In this document: positions 54,838-64,000 of the stretch, piece by piece
Numbering within the stretch: the stretch's first letter is position 1
Layout of the letters: each line of letters opens with the position of its first letter
Source: an uncultured Spirochaetota bacterium
Lineage (GTDB): Bacteria > Spirochaetota > Spirochaetia > SZUA-6 > Fen-1364
Reading direction: 5' to 3'
Length of the DNA: 64,000 nucleotides
Assembly: GCA_963781885.1 (NCBI GenBank)
Contig: CAWAHW010000004.1
Span: forward strand, 128,001-192,000
The notes under the pieces: generated by a model
Told to the model about the DNA's origin: nothing
What the model saw: the letters and a program-made list of their open reading frames with translations, nothing else
Database searches by the model: none
Made by a program: the position numbers and the translations under genes

Positions 54838-56520
54838 AAACCTCACCGCCGCTCCGGGCCTGCATCTGCTGCATCCTGCTCCTCGGTGCGTTTCCCCTCG
54901 CGGCGCTTGGCTTCAACGACACAGGGGACGCCGCCGCGCTGGCAGCCAGGATTACCGCGGACATGACAAACGAGGAGCTTCTGGGCCAGGTGCTCTTCTT
55001 CGGCTGGCAGGGAAAGGGCACCCCGCCCGACATCCTGCACTGGGTCGGCACGGGCGCCATCGGCGGCATCAAGATATTCCCGCGTAATGTCTCGGACTTG
55101 AGCTCTCTTGCACGTGACGTCGCTTCGATGCAGAAGCTGGCGGCGAAGAACCGTTTCGGCATCCCGCTTTTTGTCGCCACGGACCAGGAAGGCGGCTGGG
55201 TGCGGCAGATACGCGGTGAGACGTCGGTTTCCCCCGGGAATCTCGCCGTGGGAGCGGCCGGAGCTCCCGGGGATGCCTACCGGACCGGCTATTACCTGGG
55301 CGGAGAGCTTGCGGCCCTGGGCATCAACATGGATTTTGCGCCCACCGCCGACGTGTACGCCAATCCGGAGGCAACCGTCATCGGCCCGCGCTCGTTCGGG
55401 TCCGACCCATCCGAAACGGGCCTCCTCTCCGCGGCCTATGCGCGCGGCATGAAGGATGCCGGCGTGCTCTGCGTCGCCAAGCATTTCCCAGGGCACGGCT
55501 CCGCCGACCAGGACTCCCACGGTCACCTGCCAAAGATCGACGTGAGCCTGGACCAGCTTCTGGACCGGGACCTCATCCCGTACCGCATGCTGATCCGGGA
55601 AGGCATCCCCGCCGTCATGACGGGGCACCTCGCGTTCCCTCAAATACTCGGGGACGACACGCCGGCGTCCCTCTCCTCCTTCTTCCTGCGCACGGTGCTC
55701 CGCGACCGGCTTGGATTCAAGGGATTGATCGTCACCGACGACATGGAAATGCAGGGCGTGCTCGCCAATGGCCTCGATACCGCCGAGGCCTGCCGGCAGG
55801 CGCTGGAGGCAGGAAACGACATGGTGCTCGTGTCGCACACACTGAAGGTGCAGGAAGAAACGTGGAAGGCTCTGGACGCCGCGCTGCGAGCGGATGCCGC
55901 CTTCCGCAAGGATGTGACGGAATCCGTGGCACGCATCCTGGAGACGAAGCTGCGCTACTTCCGCGCCGCGCACGTTCCGGTCGCACCCGACCCCTCCGTC
56001 GTGCTCCAGAAGGTGCCGGCCCCGGGCGCGAGCGACTTCTTTGCGCAGCTTTCCGCGCGGGCGGTCACGCTGATCGCGGGCAAGGCCGTCCCGTTTCGGC
56101 CCGCGGCGCGCGCGCGCATCCTCCTGGTCGGGCAGTACAGCGAGTTCCTCGCCGAAGGGAAGCTGCGCTACCCGTCGGCGGACACCCTTCTTTTCAACTA
56201 CGACCCCTTCTACAACGCGCGTCCCGAGGACCGCGCGGAAGTGCGCGCGCGCGCCGCGGGCTACGACACGGTCATCTTCTGCATCGCCAACTACAACAGC
56301 CTCGACGTCCTGAAAGACCTGATGGGGATGGCGCACAAGGTGATCGTGATCTCCACGCTCAGCCCGGTCTACCTCACCGACGTGCCCTGGGTGGAGACGG
56401 CGGTCGCGGTGTACGGCACGGGTCATGACTCGTTCCGCGCGGGTTTCGGCGTGCTGGCGGGGGACTACGTGGCCACGGGCGTCCTCCCGATCAGGTTCAC
56501 CCTGCCGGGCATTGCCATGA
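54834..56520 (+). CDS. GH3 beta-N-acetylhexosaminidase (NagZ-like); reads in frame into the downstream GNAT in this assembly
   Basis: Signal peptide; TDQEGG, RSFG, KHFPGHG..D.DSH, VTDDMEM. Confidence 0.85.
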
Positions 56521-57350
56521 GCTGGCGACCCGCCGCGCGCAGGGATCTCCCCGGCATCCACGACTTCCTCATGCAGGACGAAGCGCTATACGTTCCGTTC
56601 ACCTCCCGGCTGCGGTCCGGGTCGCGGGGATGGGACGTGTACTGCCGCAGCGCCGGCACGGGCGGGGTGAACGGATGCTTCCTCTTCACGAACGGGGGTC
56701 TTCTCCTGCCGGCCCTCGACGGGGTGGACGAGGACCTCGGCGAGCTTTCCCGCCTCCTTCTGGATCTGCGGCCAATGGTCCATTCCATCATGGGGGTGGG
56801 CAAAGGAGTGCGGGCCATCGAGGCGGCGCTCCCGCTTCCCCCGACGAACCGCATCGAATACTTCCTGATGACGCTTCCCCGCAGCTCCCTGCGGCCGCTC
56901 CTTCCCTCCGCCCTTCCCGGCCTCACGGTGCGCCGGGCCGATCCGTTCGACGCGGAGGAGATGTTTCCCCTGCAGAAGGGATACGAGCTGGAAGAGGTCG
57001 TCATCGCCTCTTCACACTTCAATGACGCCCAATGCATGAAGCTCCTGAAGACGTCGCTCAAGGAGCAGCTCGTCTTCGTCGCGGAGCGGGACGGCACCAT
57101 GACGGCAAAAGCCGCGACGAACGCGCGCGGGTACGGCGTGGACCAGATCGGCGGCGTCTACACCGTGCCGGAGGAGCGCGGCAAGGGCCTGGGAGGCCTC
57201 GTGGTGGCGGAGCTTCTCCGGACGGTCTTCACGGAAAAGAAAGAGGCATGCCTCTTCGTGAAGAAGCACAACCGCCCCGCCCTTGCACTCTACGAGCGGC
57301 TTGGCTTCACGCCCGTGAACGACTACCTCATCAGCTACTACGGTCTTTAG
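56517..57350 (+). CDS. GNAT-family acetyltransferase
   Basis: IGGVYTVPEERGKGLG, LFVKKHNRPALALYERLGF. Confidence 0.8.
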   Translation: MSWRPAARRDLPGIHDFLMQDEALYVPFTSRLRSGSRGWDVYCRSAGTGGVNGCFLFTNGGLLLPALDGVDEDLGELSRLLLDLRPMVHSIMGVGKGVRAIEAALPLPPTNRIEYFLMTLPRSSLRPLLPSALPGLTVRRADPFDAEEMFPLQKGYELEEVVIASSHFNDAQCMKLLKTSLKEQLVFVAERDGTMTAKAATNARGYGVDQIGGVYTVPEERGKGLGGLVVAELLRTVFTEKKEACLFVKKHNRPALALYERLGFTPVNDYLISYYGL

Positions 57351-58537
57351 CGCCGGTCTTCATCGCGGCGCGCGGTCGGGCCGGAAGCCTTGCGGACCAG
57401 GCGCTCGCGGCGCTTCCTGATCTCCTGGCGGGTGCGGCCGTCCAGCGGCAGGTTCCACGACAGGAGACGATCCACGATGCGCAGCGCCTCATCCGGCCGG
57501 CGCGCGCGGTGCTCGTGGTATTTCGCAAGCTCCACGGCGGCCGTGAGGCTGTGCGTGCGCGACAGGATTCCCTCCCACACCTCGGCCGCGCGATCCCAGT
57601 CCCGCAGCCTCTTGTGATGGAAGCCCAGCTCCAGGCCCGATTCGTCGTTGCCGGCCTCGAACGAATTGCGAAGGACTTCGACGCCCGTTTCCTCTCCGCT
57701 TCGCAGGAGCCAGCTCCCGAAAGCCTTCTCGTCGACCCGGGTGGACGACAGGTCGCCGTCGAAGAGCCTGCCAATGAGGCCGTAGAGACGCGCAAGGGAT
57801 GAGATGTCCATCACGTTGTGATCGAAAACAACCGGGAGCGTCCCCGGCCTTCCTGAACGGAGAAACTCCAGCCAGATCAGCGGGATGTCTGCGCCGTCCA
57901 CGTCCAGCTCGCGGTTGAAGCCCAGCACGGTCCGCTCGATCGACTTGAGGCTGCAGTCCCCCGTGATCGATTTCCACAGGCGGCGGGCGTGGTGAAGCAG
58001 GTCGACCTGCGGTCCGGGCTCCCACGTCATGCGGTTCATGAGGAACCGGGTGGCAAGCAAATGGCTGTCGAATGTCTTTCCATTGTAAGAGACGAAGGCG
58101 CGGTAACGGGAAAGGAGATCCCGCACGGCGAGCAGGAACTCCGGTTCCCCGGGGAAATCGGAGAGAAAGAGCTGCTCCACCGCGAGGTCGCGACCTTCAC
58201 ACCAGGCAGCGCCGAACAGGAAGATGACGCTGCCCGCCCCACCGGAGAGACCGGTGGTCTCGGTGTCGTAGAAGACAAGCTGGTCGCCGGAATCCGCCTC
58301 GGGGGAAAATGGCTCCCGCCATGCCTCAACGCCGTAGCCCTGGAAATACTGGCGGCGACGGTAGAGGAACTCTCCTTCCCTCTTCCAGCCGGGAAAGCGC
58401 GGATCGCTGTCGGGGAATGCCTGCCGCGCGGGCGCCGCCTGGGGTGCCGGCTCCGACGGGCGGAGAAAATCAAGGCGCCTGCGCGTGCGGGTGATGCCCC
58501 CGCCGGTGTCGGTGGGGCGTGCCGGATCCTGCGGCAT
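57347..58537 (-). CDS. YprB/MrfB-like RNase H-fold exonuclease with helical tail
   Basis: YDTETTGL, SYNGKTFD, DLLHHARR, HNVMDI; directly downstream of a DUF1998 helicase. Confidence 0.85.
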   Translation of the reverse strand: MPQDPARPTDTGGGITRTRRRLDFLRPSEPAPQAAPARQAFPDSDPRFPGWKREGEFLYRRRQYFQGYGVEAWREPFSPEADSGDQLVFYDTETTGLSGGAGSVIFLFGAAWCEGRDLAVEQLFLSDFPGEPEFLLAVRDLLSRYRAFVSYNGKTFDSHLLATRFLMNRMTWEPGPQVDLLHHARRLWKSITGDCSLKSIERTVLGFNRELDVDGADIPLIWLEFLRSGRPGTLPVVFDHNVMDISSLARLYGLIGRLFDGDLSSTRVDEKAFGSWLLRSGEETGVEVLRNSFEAGNDESGLELGFHHKRLRDWDRAAEVWEGILSRTHSLTAAVELAKYHEHRARRPDEALRIVDRLLSWNLPLDGRTRQEIRKRRERLVRKASGPTARRDEDRR

Positions 58538-60915
58538 CAGCCCTCCAAGGCGGCCGCCCAGGCGGAGAGGAATGCGCGCACCGTCTGCTTCGCGTTCACC
58601 ATGCTCGCCTGGACGACGACCGTCTCCGCCCCTGCGGGCGTCCGGTCGGGGACGGCATTCTGCGGCGCGGGCGGCGCATCGGGTGCGCCGATGCACGACG
58701 GGCAGCCGTCCGCGCACGGGCAGGCCTCCACGACTCCCTGCGCCCCCCGCACGATGGCGGGCAGGTTGCGGAGGAATCCTTCGGAAAGCCCGATGCCCCC
58801 GGGGTACTGGTCGTAGACGTAGAGGCAGGGGGACTCGAAGTGCGGATCGCGCACGCGCTCGGCCACGCCGAGGTCCCGCGGGTCGCAGAGCAGGAAAACA
58901 GGTGCCACGGTGCGCAGGAGCACGCCCAGCCGTTGTATCACCACCCCCTGCTCCGTCTCGCCCAGCGCGGTGAAGCGCCTGCCTGCCGGGGTCGGCTGGT
59001 CGAAGAGGATCACCGCGGAGCGCGTGTGCATCTCATCCGGAGGCAGCGTGATGTCGCCGTAGCCGACGTTTTCATTCGTGTGGTACTTCAGCTTCTTGAA
59101 CTTCGTCGCCTGCGTGCGCACGAGGATGTCGCCCAGCACGGCACGGATGCCCGCGGTCTTCTGCTCCTCGTCCTCCGTGAGCACCTTGATGTCGGTCTTC
59201 ACGATGCTGTCCGTCCAGTAGTCGGTGTCCGTCTCCTCCACGAAGCACCGCCTGTTTTCCAGGTCGAGCTGCTTCACGGCGTACTGGTCGCCCAGGTGGA
59301 TGTAGATGGCGTGGTCGAAGACCAGGAGCTTGGCCGACGGCATGTCCATCTCGCCGATGATCTCGTCGCGGCCCTTCGTCGTGTCGACGATCACGACGTT
59401 CTCCGGGGTCGTCGTGCGCAGGGAGACATTCTCCGCCGGGTAGGATTGGTCCGCCCAGTACCATTTCTCCCCCGCGTGCCGGATGACGCCCTTCTCCGTC
59501 AGGTAGCCCAGCACGTCCGCCGTGTCGTTGCCGAACGTCTCCCCTTCCTCGAAGGGAAGCTCGAAGACGGCGCACTTGAGCTGATCCGTCTGTATGAAGA
59601 TGTTGCCCGGGTCGATGTACCCGTTTTCCGGCGACCGCGAGAAGAAGTACTCGGGGTGCTGGATGACGAACTGGTCCGTGGCGGAGGAGGAGGCGACAAG
59701 GATGGAAAGCGACACCGTGTTGCGCCGGCCCGCCCTGCCTGCCTGCTGCCAGGACGAGGCGATGGTGCCCGGAAAGCCGGCAAGGATGGAGGCATCCAGC
59801 CCGCCGATGTCGATGCCCAGCTCCAGCGCGTTCGTGGAGACCACGCCCTGGATGCTGCCGTCCCGCAGTCCCTTCTCTATGGCGCGCCTTTCGTTCGGCA
59901 GGTAGCCGCCCCGATACGACTGCACCGTGATGCCGTGATTGTCGGTGAAGAAGCTCTTGAGCGATTCCCTGATGTACGTGGCGATCAGCTCCGTGCGGAT
60001 GCGCGACCGGGCAAAGACAATCGTTTTCACGCCCATTTTCAACAGCCGGGTGGCGATGCCCTGGCATTCCAGCACCACGCTGCGGCGTATCCCCTGCACC
60101 CGGTCCACGAGCGGCGGATTGTACAGCACGAAGTGCCGCTCCCCGGAAGGGGCGCCGTTGTCATCCACCAGGGTGACGTCCATTTCCAATATCTTCCTTG
60201 CAAGCTCGTGCGGGTTTCCGATCGTCGCCGAGCAGCAGATGAACACGGGCTCCGCGCCGTAGAACTTCGCGATGCGCTTCAGGCGCCTGATGACGCTCGT
60301 CATGTGGGAGCCGAAAACACCGCGGTACGAATGCATCTCGTCGATCACGACGTAGCGGAGGTGGCGCAGCGCCTTGATCCACTTCGGGTGATTGGGAAGG
60401 ATGCCGGTGTGGAGCATGTCGGGATTCGTGATGATGATCCGGCCCTCGTCCCGCGCCGAGATGCGGATGGAGCCCGGCGTGTCCCCGTCATAGGTGAAGA
60501 CCTTCACCGGGATGTCCCCGCCCAGGACGACCTCGTTCAGCTCCGCCTGCTGGTCCTGGGACAAAGCCTTTGTCGGGAACAGGTAGAGAGCGCGCGCGTC
60601 CGGGTCCTCCAGCAGGCTCTGGAGGACGGGCATGTTGTAGGAAAGGGTTTTTCCCGACGCGGTGGGGCTCACGAGCACAACGCTTCTGCCCGCGCGCGCC
60701 TCATTCCAGGTTGCACGCTGATGGCTGTAGATGCGGGTGATGCCCCGGGAGGCCAGGGCGGCCTTGATGCGGTCATCGATGTCAGGCGGGAAATCGACGT
60801 ACTTTCCGTCGCGCGCCGGCATCACTTCCCAGTGCGTGACGCGCTGGCTGAACGCCGGGTCGTTGCGCAGCGATGCGATGATGTTGGCGATCGTCGCCCT
60901 GGTTGCAGTCGCCAT
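58537..60915 (-). CDS. YprA/MrfA-like DEAD/DEAH helicase with DUF1998
   Basis: PTASGKT, IDEMH, SATIGNP, ALELGID, QAGRAGR, CPCADGCPSC. Confidence 0.9.
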   Translation of the reverse strand: MATATRATIANIIASLRNDPAFSQRVTHWEVMPARDGKYVDFPPDIDDRIKAALASRGITRIYSHQRATWNEARAGRSVVLVSPTASGKTLSYNMPVLQSLLEDPDARALYLFPTKALSQDQQAELNEVVLGGDIPVKVFTYDGDTPGSIRISARDEGRIIITNPDMLHTGILPNHPKWIKALRHLRYVVIDEMHSYRGVFGSHMTSVIRRLKRIAKFYGAEPVFICCSATIGNPHELARKILEMDVTLVDDNGAPSGERHFVLYNPPLVDRVQGIRRSVVLECQGIATRLLKMGVKTIVFARSRIRTELIATYIRESLKSFFTDNHGITVQSYRGGYLPNERRAIEKGLRDGSIQGVVSTNALELGIDIGGLDASILAGFPGTIASSWQQAGRAGRRNTVSLSILVASSSATDQFVIQHPEYFFSRSPENGYIDPGNIFIQTDQLKCAVFELPFEEGETFGNDTADVLGYLTEKGVIRHAGEKWYWADQSYPAENVSLRTTTPENVVIVDTTKGRDEIIGEMDMPSAKLLVFDHAIYIHLGDQYAVKQLDLENRRCFVEETDTDYWTDSIVKTDIKVLTEDEEQKTAGIRAVLGDILVRTQATKFKKLKYHTNENVGYGDITLPPDEMHTRSAVILFDQPTPAGRRFTALGETEQGVVIQRLGVLLRTVAPVFLLCDPRDLGVAERVRDPHFESPCLYVYDQYPGGIGLSEGFLRNLPAIVRGAQGVVEACPCADGCPSCIGAPDAPPAPQNAVPDRTPAGAETVVVQASMVNAKQTVRAFLSAWAAALEG

Positions 60916-61039
60916 CCCCCCCTCCCCTGCTGCGATAGTACCATGCCCGCGACCGCGCCGACAATCCGCGCGCCGCCGTGCCGGTGAAACTCGCCTTGAC
61001 CGCTGGAAACCGACCGCTTATGATTTCAGGGGGCATCGT

Positions 61040-62320
61040 GTGGCAAAAATCGTATCGATAATCCTGGGCGGCGGCAGGGGCCAGCGCCTGTATCCCTTGA
61101 CCGCCAAGCGCGCCAAGCCCGCCGTTCCCTTCGGGGGCAAGTTCCGGCTGGTGGACATCCCCATCTCCAACTGCATCCACGCCGGGCTGCGCGAGATCTA
61201 CATCCTCACCCAGTTCAATTCCGCCTCGCTGCATCGGCACATCAACAACACCTACCGGTTCGACACCTTCAGCAAAGGCTTTGTCGAGGTGCTTGCCGCG
61301 GAGCAGACCCTCGAATCGAGCGACTGGTACCAGGGCACGGCGGACGCGGTGCGCAAGAACTTCGTCCATTTCGCCGACCAGTCGCCCACGCACTACCTCA
61401 TCCTCTCCGGCGACCAGCTCTACCGCATGAATCTCATGGAGATGTTCGAATCGCACGTGGCATCCGGCGCGGACGTCACGATTGCATCCAAGCCCGTGAG
61501 CAGGCACAAGGCGAGCGGCCTGGGCATCCTCCAGGTGAATCCCAGCTACCGCGTCACGCGCTTCATCGAGAAGCCGTCCCCCGAGCAGGACATCTCGGCG
61601 CTCGCGATACCCGCGCGCATCAAGTCACGGGAGGAGCTGGATTTCGAAGGGGAGGCGTGGCTGGCATCCATGGGCATCTACATCTTCAGCGCGGCGGCGA
61701 TGCGCGCGGCAGTGAACAACTCATTCACGGATTTCGGCTCGGAGATCATCCCCGCGTCCATCCACGACATGAAGGTCTCCGCGTTCGTCTACGACGACTA
61801 CTGGGAAGACATCGGGACCATCCATAATTTCTACGACGCGAACATCGGGCTCGCGTCGATCAATCCCGACTTCAACCTGTACCTGGAAAACGCGCCCATC
61901 TTCTCCAACCGGCGCGACCTTGCGCCGTCGAAGATCAACTACAGCACGATCTCCACGTCCCTGGCGGCGGAAGGCAGCATCATCACCAACGCGAACATCT
62001 CAAACTCCATCGTCGGCATCCGCACCATCATCGAAAGCGGCGCGAACCTGGACGGCGTGGTCTGCATGGGAGCCGATTACTACGAGACGGCGTCGGACCG
62101 CGAGCAGAATACCGCGCTGGGCCGGCCCAATATCGGCATCGGCAGGGTCTGCATCATCAAGCGGGCAATCATCGACAAGAACGCGCGCATCGGGGAGAAC
62201 TGCCGCATCGGCATCGACAGCCTTGAAAGGCCGGACGGGGACAAGGAGAATTACTCCATCCGCGACGGCATCATCGTCATTCCCAAGGATGCCGTGCTCT
62301 CCCCCGGGACCGTGATCTAG
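61040..62320 (+). CDS. glgC: Glucose-1-phosphate adenylyltransferase
   Basis: GGGRGQRLYPLT..RAKPAVPFGGKFRL, WYQGTADAV, ASMGIY; promoter TTGACC-17-TATGAT at 60996-61024. Confidence 0.93.
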   Translation: MAKIVSIILGGGRGQRLYPLTAKRAKPAVPFGGKFRLVDIPISNCIHAGLREIYILTQFNSASLHRHINNTYRFDTFSKGFVEVLAAEQTLESSDWYQGTADAVRKNFVHFADQSPTHYLILSGDQLYRMNLMEMFESHVASGADVTIASKPVSRHKASGLGILQVNPSYRVTRFIEKPSPEQDISALAIPARIKSREELDFEGEAWLASMGIYIFSAAAMRAAVNNSFTDFGSEIIPASIHDMKVSAFVYDDYWEDIGTIHNFYDANIGLASINPDFNLYLENAPIFSNRRDLAPSKINYSTISTSLAAEGSIITNANISNSIVGIRTIIESGANLDGVVCMGADYYETASDREQNTALGRPNIGIGRVCIIKRAIIDKNARIGENCRIGIDSLERPDGDKENYSIRDGIIVIPKDAVLSPGTVI

Positions 62321-64000
62321 CTCACCAGGAGCGCCAGTCGATCCTTCAGGAACTCCGACTTCTCCCGCAGGCCGATGGCGCCCGTCTTCAGGAGCAGGAA
62401 ATTGGGCATCTTCGGGTCCAGCGACACCCTGCCGCCGCCTTCGCGCACCATGCGCACCACCCGGTCCACCGACACGCGCGACAGTCGGCTGAACTCCACG
62501 CGGAGCGTGCCCTTCTCTTCCTTGATGGACGTGATGAAGAGCTTGCGGCAGAGGATGCGGATTTCCGCCAGCGCAAGGACGCTCTGCACCTCGTCCGGTA
62601 GGGGGCCGAACCTGTCCTCCACTTCCTTGTAGACCCGGTCCAGCTCCTCGTCGGTGGTGACGGAGGCGATCTTCTTGTAGACCTCCATCTTTTCCATGGC
62701 ATCGGGGATGTACGCGTCGGGAATGAAGCCCGAGTAATCCAGGTCCAGGAAGACCTCGGGCGCCTCGTCGCGTTTCTCCTTGGAAAGGGCGGCCACCGCC
62801 TCGTCGAGCATTTTGAGGTACAGGTCGTAGCCGACGGAGAGGATGTAGCCGTGCTGCTCCCGGCCGAGGATATTGCCCGCGCCGCGGATCTCCAGGTCCT
62901 TCAGGGCGATCTTGAAGCCCGAGCCCAGCTCCGTGTGGTCGGAGATGATGCGGAGGCGCTTCATGGCGATCTCGCTGAGCGCGCGCCGGTCGGGGTAGAA
63001 GAGGTAGGCGTACGCGGGAACGCCCGCGCGCCCCACCCGCCCGCGAAGCTGGTAGAGCTGGGAGACGCCGAGCATGTCGGCACGGTCGATGACGATGGTG
63101 TTCACGTTCGGGATGTCCAGGCCGTTCTCGATGATCGTCGTGGACAGGAGCATCTGCCGCTCGCCGTGCACGAAGCTGCGCATCACCTCTTCCAGCTCGT
63201 CGTCCTCCATCTGCCCGTGACCCACGGCGATGGAGACCTCCGGCACGAGGTTCTGCAGGAAGATGTAGGTCTCCTGTATCGTCTCCACCCGGTTGTGCAG
63301 GTAGTAGACCTGGCCGCCGCGCTCGATCTCCTGGCGGATGGCGCGCGCCACCATGTCCTCGCTCCACTCCATCACGAACGTTTCAATGGGCAGACGGTTC
63401 TGCGGCGCCGTATTGAGGATGGACATGTCGCGGACCTTCATGAGCGACATGTTGAGCGTGCGCGGGATGGGCGTCGCGGTGAGGGTGAGGCAGTCCACGG
63501 TCGTCTTGATCTGCTTCAGCCTCTCCTTGTGCTTCACGCCGAAACGCTGCTCCTCGTCGACGACCAGGAGCCCGAGATTCCTGAACTTCACGTCCTTCTG
63601 GATGAGCCGATGCGTGCCGATGGCGATGTCCACCTCGCCGCCGGCAATGGCCGCGATGGACGCGTTGATCTCCTTCGGCGAGCGGAAACGGGAGAGCATG
63701 GCGATCTTCACCGGAAACCGCGCGAACCGGTCGCGGAACGTCTCATAGTGCTGCTCGACGAGGATGGTCGTCGGGGCCAGGAGCGCCACCTGCTTGCCGT
63801 TCATCACGGACTTGAACGCGGCGCGCAACGCGATCTCGGTCTTGCCGTAGCCCACGTCGCCGCAGACAAGCCGGTCCATCGGCACCGGCTCCTCCATGTC
63901 GTGCTTCACCTCTTCGATGCAGCGCAGCTGGTCTTCCGTTTCCTGGTAGGGAAAGGCAGCCTCGAACTCGCTCTGCCAGTCGGTGTCGGCGCTGAACGCG
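62317..64000 (-). CDS. mfd: Transcription-repair coupling factor (5' part outside the window)
   Basis: CGDVGYGKTE, DEEQRFG, TATPIPRT, QLRGRVGR, DLEIRGAGN, TRCF C-terminal domain. Confidence 0.95.
   Translation of the reverse strand, partial: AFSADTDWQSEFEAAFPYQETEDQLRCIEEVKHDMEEPVPMDRLVCGDVGYGKTEIALRAAFKSVMNGKQVALLAPTTILVEQHYETFRDRFARFPVKIAMLSRFRSPKEINASIAAIAGGEVDIAIGTHRLIQKDVKFRNLGLLVVDEEQRFGVKHKERLKQIKTTVDCLTLTATPIPRTLNMSLMKVRDMSILNTAPQNRLPIETFVMEWSEDMVARAIRQEIERGGQVYYLHNRVETIQETYIFLQNLVPEVSIAVGHGQMEDDELEEVMRSFVHGERQMLLSTTIIENGLDIPNVNTIVIDRADMLGVSQLYQLRGRVGRAGVPAYAYLFYPDRRALSEIAMKRLRIISDHTELGSGFKIALKDLEIRGAGNILGREQHGYILSVGYDLYLKMLDEAVAALSKEKRDEAPEVFLDLDYSGFIPDAYIPDAMEKMEVYKKIASVTTDEELDRVYKEVEDRFGPLPDEVQSVLALAEIRILCRKLFITSIKEEKGTLRVEFSRLSRVSVDRVVRMVREGGGRVSLDPKMPNFLLLKTGAIGLREKSEFLKDRLALLVS

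Noticed and set aside
28608-60987. Long antisense ORFs (e.g. 28608..30563, 49363..50532, 58519..60987)
   Set aside because: Shadow ORFs opposite well-supported genes, expected from high-GC codon bias

Overview
High-GC spirochaete-type chromosomal segment (periplasmic flagellins FlaB, PlzA-like PilZ protein, flgNKL-fliW-csrA). In order it carries: (1) a sugar ABC operon with an SBP-AraC fusion regulator (1-6146); (2) an accessory, more AT-rich ~13 kb block (6.5-19.4 kb) just downstream of a minus-strand rrn operon, punctuated by same-orientation 5S-rRNA-derived repeats. The block holds two paralogous 'outer-membrane beta-barrel / transglutaminase-like Cys domain / TPR' proteins, each next to surface lipoprotein genes, plus an IS66; (3) the 16S-tRNAIle-23S-5S operon; (4) ahcY-zinc finger-adk, a HEAT-repeat class III cyclase, and an IS1111-group (IS110) element whose downstream non-coding region has visible target and donor guide matches and which sits inside one arm of a small inverted-repeat element; (5) infC-rpmI-rplT-zapB-zapA; (6) flagellar, c-di-GMP and CsrA genes; (7) trxB, lipoate ligase, GH3, GNAT, mrfAB, glgC and mfd. 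A dispersed, covarying REP-like hairpin family (AAT + 7-bp stem + NNTA loop + CGC) recurs across the window. At least six single-base frameshifts in otherwise intact genes suggest assembly indel errors. All calls are from reading the sequence and the ORF track; no database searches were run.
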